From an uncultured Gammaproteobacteria bacterium (lineage in GTDB: Bacteria > Patescibacteriota > Microgenomatia > Levybacterales > GWA1-39-11), in the NCBI GenBank assembly GCA_964504535.1, contig CAZDED010000006.1, positions 6,409 through 70,408 on the forward strand: a stretch of DNA of 64,000 bases, read 5' to 3'. A program made the translations under genes and the position numbers. Below are positions 60,266-64,000 of this stretch, piece by piece (position 1 is the first letter of the stretch; each line of letters opens with the position of its first letter). Below the pieces are notes generated by a model. The model searched no databases. It was not told the DNA's origin and worked only from the letters and a program-made list of their open reading frames with translations.

Positions 60266-61169
60266 GGCGCATTATTGAGGAAAACCTAAAATATTCCATA
60301 AGTCTAAGCCCAAAATACCTTCCAACAACGATGTTAAGGGGAATTAATATCAAAATAAACTCAGGATACAGAAGAATGGTGTTTCTTAGGTGAATTGAGG
60401 AGAGCAGTAAGAATCCTAAGATTCCAATTGCAAACGTAACCATAGATATGATGGCCATTTCCTGTGCGCTTCTCTCTTGCTGCACAGCAATTATTTGTTC
60501 TGATAGAAGAATAAGAAGTAAAACAGGGAAAATAGAAAGTTGCTTTACTACTAAAATTCCTGCCATAGCAGACACCGTAAGAGTTAAAAATAGGAATATA
60601 GAAACAATAAACATAGAAAATGCCATTTTTGGAAGCTGCATGATCCTAACCTTTTTAAGTAATATCCTGGCAACAGTAGAGGAAAAAATAATGGTGGCCA
60701 AAAGTATCAGTCCAGCAGTGATTCCCGTCGAAAGGAGGGTGATGGAAAGAGCGACCGGCACTAACATTCCGATACTAGGAAGGCCAATGACGTGTCTAAT
60801 AAAAGCGATGATTGTGGCCAACATCGGCAATAGAAGTATAAGGATGACGGTTCTGGATGGAACACCGGCTTTTACAGATGACTGTATAAGAAATGCCATA
60901 AGATTGTACCAATTCAGTTTGTCTGCTGGCCTTTGCTTGAACAAATTAAGCGCTTGCGCATCTTCCGGTCCCTCTGGGCGGGTTACGTCTTGCTGTTGAA
61001 TTTTGGCAATAGCTGCCGCTTCCTTTGCCGATTCAGAAGCTGTTGCCGAATCTGTCGCAGCAGCTGGTATCTCCGGGTCACTACTGAAAAGGTCCTGAGC
61101 ATGCACTTTCGAAATAAACAAAAGACAGAAGACAACAGACAGTAGAAGGGTGGGGAATATACGTTTCAT
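60249..61169 (-). CDS. 7-TM protein of the type usually fused to an inactive transglutaminase
   Basis: Signal peptide (VHA-Q), LLLPMLATIIAFIRHVIGL..G..VP, IFPVLLL..E, GRYFGLRLMEYFRF. Confidence 0.85.
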   Translation of the reverse strand: MKRIFPTLLLSVVFCLLFISKVHAQDLFSSDPEIPAAATDSATASESAKEAAAIAKIQQQDVTRPEGPEDAQALNLFKQRPADKLNWYNLMAFLIQSSVKAGVPSRTVILILLLPMLATIIAFIRHVIGLPSIGMLVPVALSITLLSTGITAGLILLATIIFSSTVARILLKKVRIMQLPKMAFSMFIVSIFLFLTLTVSAMAGILVVKQLSIFPVLLLILLSEQIIAVQQERSAQEMAIISMVTFAIGILGFLLLSSIHLRNTILLYPEFILILIPLNIVVGRYFGLRLMEYFRFSSIMRHGSKS

Positions 61170-61208
61170 GGTGAGTTAATGGTATCAAATACGTACCTGG
61201 GGTTCAAC

Positions 61209-63044
61209 TTAATTCTTTCTTGTGCTGATTTTACGTTCAACTGCTGACAGATATCTTTTTCGAAGTCTAATGCTTTGAGGGGTTACCTCCAAAAGTTCAT
61301 CAGCATTTATAAAATCTAAAGCTTGTTCTAGCGAAAGTTCAACAGGAGTATTTATCTGGACAGAAAAATCCGATGTTGAAGATCTGACGTTTGTCATCTT
61401 TTTTCCTTTGGTCACATTTATTTCCATATCTCGATCCCTCGTTGAAATTCCGATGATCATACCCTCATAAACAGGAGTATTTGGCTTGATAAATAATGTT
61501 CCCCGTTCCTGAGCGTTCTCAAGTCCATATGACAAAGCATTACCGGAATCAAAAGAAATAAGTACTCCGTTTCTTTGTTCTTCAACTGCAGACTCTTCTT
61601 TGGGAAAGTAGCCTAAGAAAAATGTGTTAAGCTCAACTGTTCCACGAGTTTTGGTAAGCAGTATATTTCTGATACCAAGTAGATTCTTACTGCTGACTTT
61701 ATATACAAATCGTGTTATATTTCCAGGTTCTGGAGACATATTGATAAGGGTAGCTTTTCTCTTTGCAAATTCTTCGCTGATTGCACCGATATATTCTTGT
61801 CCCGCATCAATTGTCACTTCCTCATAAGGTTCTTGGACTTTTCCGTCGATAGTTTTATAGATGACCTGAGGCTTTGAGATTTCTAGCTCAAATCCTTCCC
61901 GTCTCATGTTTTCGATTAGAACGGCAAGATGAAGTTCACCTCGACCAGAGACTGCAAAATTTGATGACCCTTCTGCCTGCTCAATCTTTAACCCCAAATT
62001 TGTCTCTTTTTCTTTCAAAAGTCTATCCTTTATCTGAGATGATGAAAGCAACTTTCCTTCTTTACCCAAGAATGGGCTTGTGTTTGGTCCGATAGTGATC
62101 CTGATCGTCGGATCCTCAACATGAATTTTTGGAAGACTTTGTGGAGCAGATGGGTCTGTCACTGTCTGGCCGATGGTAAGCTGCGGAATACCTGCGATTG
62201 CAACTATATCCCCGGCGCTGACTTGTTCTACCTCAACCCTATCTAGTCCAACGCTTGTAAAAAGTTTTTGAACCCTACTTGTACCAATAACCTTATCTTC
62301 ATCGACTAAAGATACCATATCTCCCTTTTTTAGTCTTCCCCGTGTTACTGCTCCAATACAGATCTTTCCAACGTGTGGATCGGTATCAAGCGTTGAAATA
62401 AGCATTTGGAATGGTTGATCCTCATCTTTTACGCTATTTGGGATTTCGGATACTATCGCCTCAAAAAGTGGGGATAGGTCTCCAGGGGTGTCTTGTGTGT
62501 AATTTTCAGGTAACGTGTCAAATGCTTTACCGTCACGCCCAACAGCGTAGAGAGTCTTAAAGTTGAGATGATCATCATGAGTTGCAAGCTCTAAGAAAAG
62601 TCCTTCTGCCTCTTGTATGATCTCTAGTGGTCTAGCATCTTTTTTGTCTATCTTGTTGATAAGAAGAATGATCTTTAAGTGCTGTTCTAAAGCCTTTTTT
62701 AGTACAAATTTAGTCTGGGGGAGTGGACCTTCAACGGCATCAACCAGAAGGATTGCTCCATCTGCCATGTTGAGAATACGCTCAACTTCTCCTCCAAAAT
62801 CAGCATGTCCGGGTGTGTCAATGATATTGATCTTAACATCCTTATATTTTACCGAGTTGTTTTTTGAAAGAATGGTAATACCTTTCTCTTTCTCGAGGTC
62901 ATTTGAGTCCATGATGAGAGTCTCAGTCATCTCTTTTTGGTTGTCACGGAACGTGTGGGTTTGTTTTAACATTGAATCCACAAGAGTAGTTTTCCCGTGA
63001 TCAACGTGGGCAATAATTGCTATGTTCCGAATTTGTGTATCCAT
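61209..63044 (-). CDS. typA: Translational GTPase TypA/BipA
   Basis: IAHVDHGKTT, KGITILSK, DTPGHADFGGEVER, GRGELHL, EVTPQSIRLRK. Confidence 0.97.
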   Translation of the reverse strand: MDTQIRNIAIIAHVDHGKTTLVDSMLKQTHTFRDNQKEMTETLIMDSNDLEKEKGITILSKNNSVKYKDVKINIIDTPGHADFGGEVERILNMADGAILLVDAVEGPLPQTKFVLKKALEQHLKIILLINKIDKKDARPLEIIQEAEGLFLELATHDDHLNFKTLYAVGRDGKAFDTLPENYTQDTPGDLSPLFEAIVSEIPNSVKDEDQPFQMLISTLDTDPHVGKICIGAVTRGRLKKGDMVSLVDEDKVIGTSRVQKLFTSVGLDRVEVEQVSAGDIVAIAGIPQLTIGQTVTDPSAPQSLPKIHVEDPTIRITIGPNTSPFLGKEGKLLSSSQIKDRLLKEKETNLGLKIEQAEGSSNFAVSGRGELHLAVLIENMRREGFELEISKPQVIYKTIDGKVQEPYEEVTIDAGQEYIGAISEEFAKRKATLINMSPEPGNITRFVYKVSSKNLLGIRNILLTKTRGTVELNTFFLGYFPKEESAVEEQRNGVLISFDSGNALSYGLENAQERGTLFIKPNTPVYEGMIIGISTRDRDMEINVTKGKKMTNVRSSTSDFSVQINTPVELSLEQALDFINADELLEVTPQSIRLRKRYLSAVERKISTRKN

Positions 63045-63052
63045 ATTAAAAT

Positions 63053-63081
63053 AAAAAAACGACACGCGGGCGCACGTGTCA
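63053..63081 (-). terminator. Intrinsic-terminator-like hairpin plus U7 inside the typA 5' leader
   Basis: Minus strand TGACACGTG-CGCC-CGCGTGTCG-TTTTTTT, ending 8 nt before the ATG. Confidence 0.55.
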
Positions 63082-63131
63082 TACTATAAGTTTCATTATA
63101 CCAAAAATAGGATATAATAGATACATTAAAT

Positions 63132-63617
63132 ATGAAACTCAAAACTAGCGTCATGAATTCGCGTATAAAGCGGATTCCTGTAACAAAGGAAGGATACGAT
63201 AAGCTTCAAAAGGAGCTCTTGCAGCTTCAAAAAGATAGACCTCAAGCAGTAAAAAATCTAGCTGATGCTAGAGGTATGGGTGACCTGTCAGAAAATGGGC
63301 TGTACACAGCTGCAAAATCCCGGCTTCGCTCAATAGATGCTCAGATATTCCGGACAGAAATTCAGATAAAATTGGCTGACATTATTGAAGGAAGTGATGG
63401 GAAAGTGTCTATTGGAAGTATTGTTACCGTCGAAAGTGGGAGTGGAAAGACTATTTTCAATATTGTTGGAGATTATGAGGCAAATCCTGCCGAGAAAAAG
63501 ATTTCCCAGCATTCACCCCTGGGTCGTGCACTTATGGGAAAGAAAGTAGGGGAGATGGCACAATTTGAGGCTCCAAAAGGTACAATTTCCTACAAAATAC
63601 TCTCAATCAATTCGTAG
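63132..63617 (+). CDS. greA: Transcription elongation factor GreA
   Basis: TKEGYDKL..EL, ARGMGDLSEN..Y.AAK, IVG..EANP, ISQHSPLGRALMGK. Confidence 0.95.
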   Translation: MKLKTSVMNSRIKRIPVTKEGYDKLQKELLQLQKDRPQAVKNLADARGMGDLSENGLYTAAKSRLRSIDAQIFRTEIQIKLADIIEGSDGKVSIGSIVTVESGSGKTIFNIVGDYEANPAEKKISQHSPLGRALMGKKVGEMAQFEAPKGTISYKILSINS

Positions 63618-63629
63618 TATACTGACTCT

Positions 63630-64000
63630 GTGTCGCGTAAAAAAATCCGCCTTTTAGTATCAACAGTTGTTTTTCTCACATTTCTGGGATTTCAGGTTTA
63701 TAAGCAATATTATCCTCAAAAAACTGTTCTTTCAGTTTCAGACAATTCTAAACATGAAACTACAAACACTTTCAAAGTTGTAAAAGTCATCGATGGGGAC
63801 ACATTCAGTGTTTCATCAGACAACCAAACACTAAAAGTAAGGGTTTTGGGCATTAATACACCAGAAACTGTAGACCCGAGACGAAAGGTAGAATGTTTTG
63901 GGAAAGAGGCTTCGGATAAGGCTAAGAGTTTGCTTACTGGTCAAACGGTAAAATTGGAAACAGATCCTACCCAAGATGACAAAGATAAATATGGGAGACT
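63630..64000 (+). CDS. Thermonuclease (SNase-like), membrane-anchored, runs off the window end
   Basis: Translated by hand from GTG 63630: TM, then VVKVIDGDT, KVRVLGINTPE, ECFGKEAS, DKYGR. Confidence 0.9.
   Translation, partial: MSRKKIRLLVSTVVFLTFLGFQVYKQYYPQKTVLSVSDNSKHETTNTFKVVKVIDGDTFSVSSDNQTLKVRVLGINTPETVDPRRKVECFGKEASDKAKSLLTGQTVKLETDPTQDDKDKYGR

Noticed and set aside
60448-60999. 183-aa antisense ORF, and similar shadows such as 34461..35006, 21536..21949 and 62617..63000
   Set aside because: Fully antisense to well-conserved genes, with no recognisable motifs.

Overview
AT-rich bacterial chromosome segment in standard code 11 (TGA ends rodA, parB and rmlD). Gene content and style suggest a CPR/Patescibacteria, Microgenomates-like genome; this is inferred from the short atpH, MurT/GatD, PolX, TrpR-like gene, very short spacers and mostly leaderless genes. 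Layout: rodA(3' part)-rplU-rpmA-parB and lepB; a ~30 kb surface-glycan island (2.7-32.4 kb) rich in membrane GT-C-type and polyprenyl-phosphate GT2 transferases plus nucleotide-sugar enzymes; F1Fo ATP synthase operon; gatCAB-GGDEF-dnaE; a 46.6-49.5 kb accessory islet; murT/gatD, htpX/lemA, polX; tRNA-Asp, LysM, tRNA-Gly; pyrG, rplS; an ATP-grasp/peptidase + 7TM pair; typA, greA and a partial thermonuclease. Best candidate for something new is the islet: a TrpR/YerC-like gene interrupted by an in-frame TGA and bracketed by two copies of a 22-bp palindrome, divergent from a tandem pair of unrecognised Cys/His-motif paralogues behind a near-consensus promoter. Other notable non-coding structure: competing hairpins in the tRNA-Asp leader, an ORF starting 2 nt after tRNA-Gly, a terminator-like hairpin in the typA leader, a 45-bp tandem dyad upstream of the sugar dehydrogenase, and heptamer micro-repeats. 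All calls are by-eye motif recognition; no searches were run.
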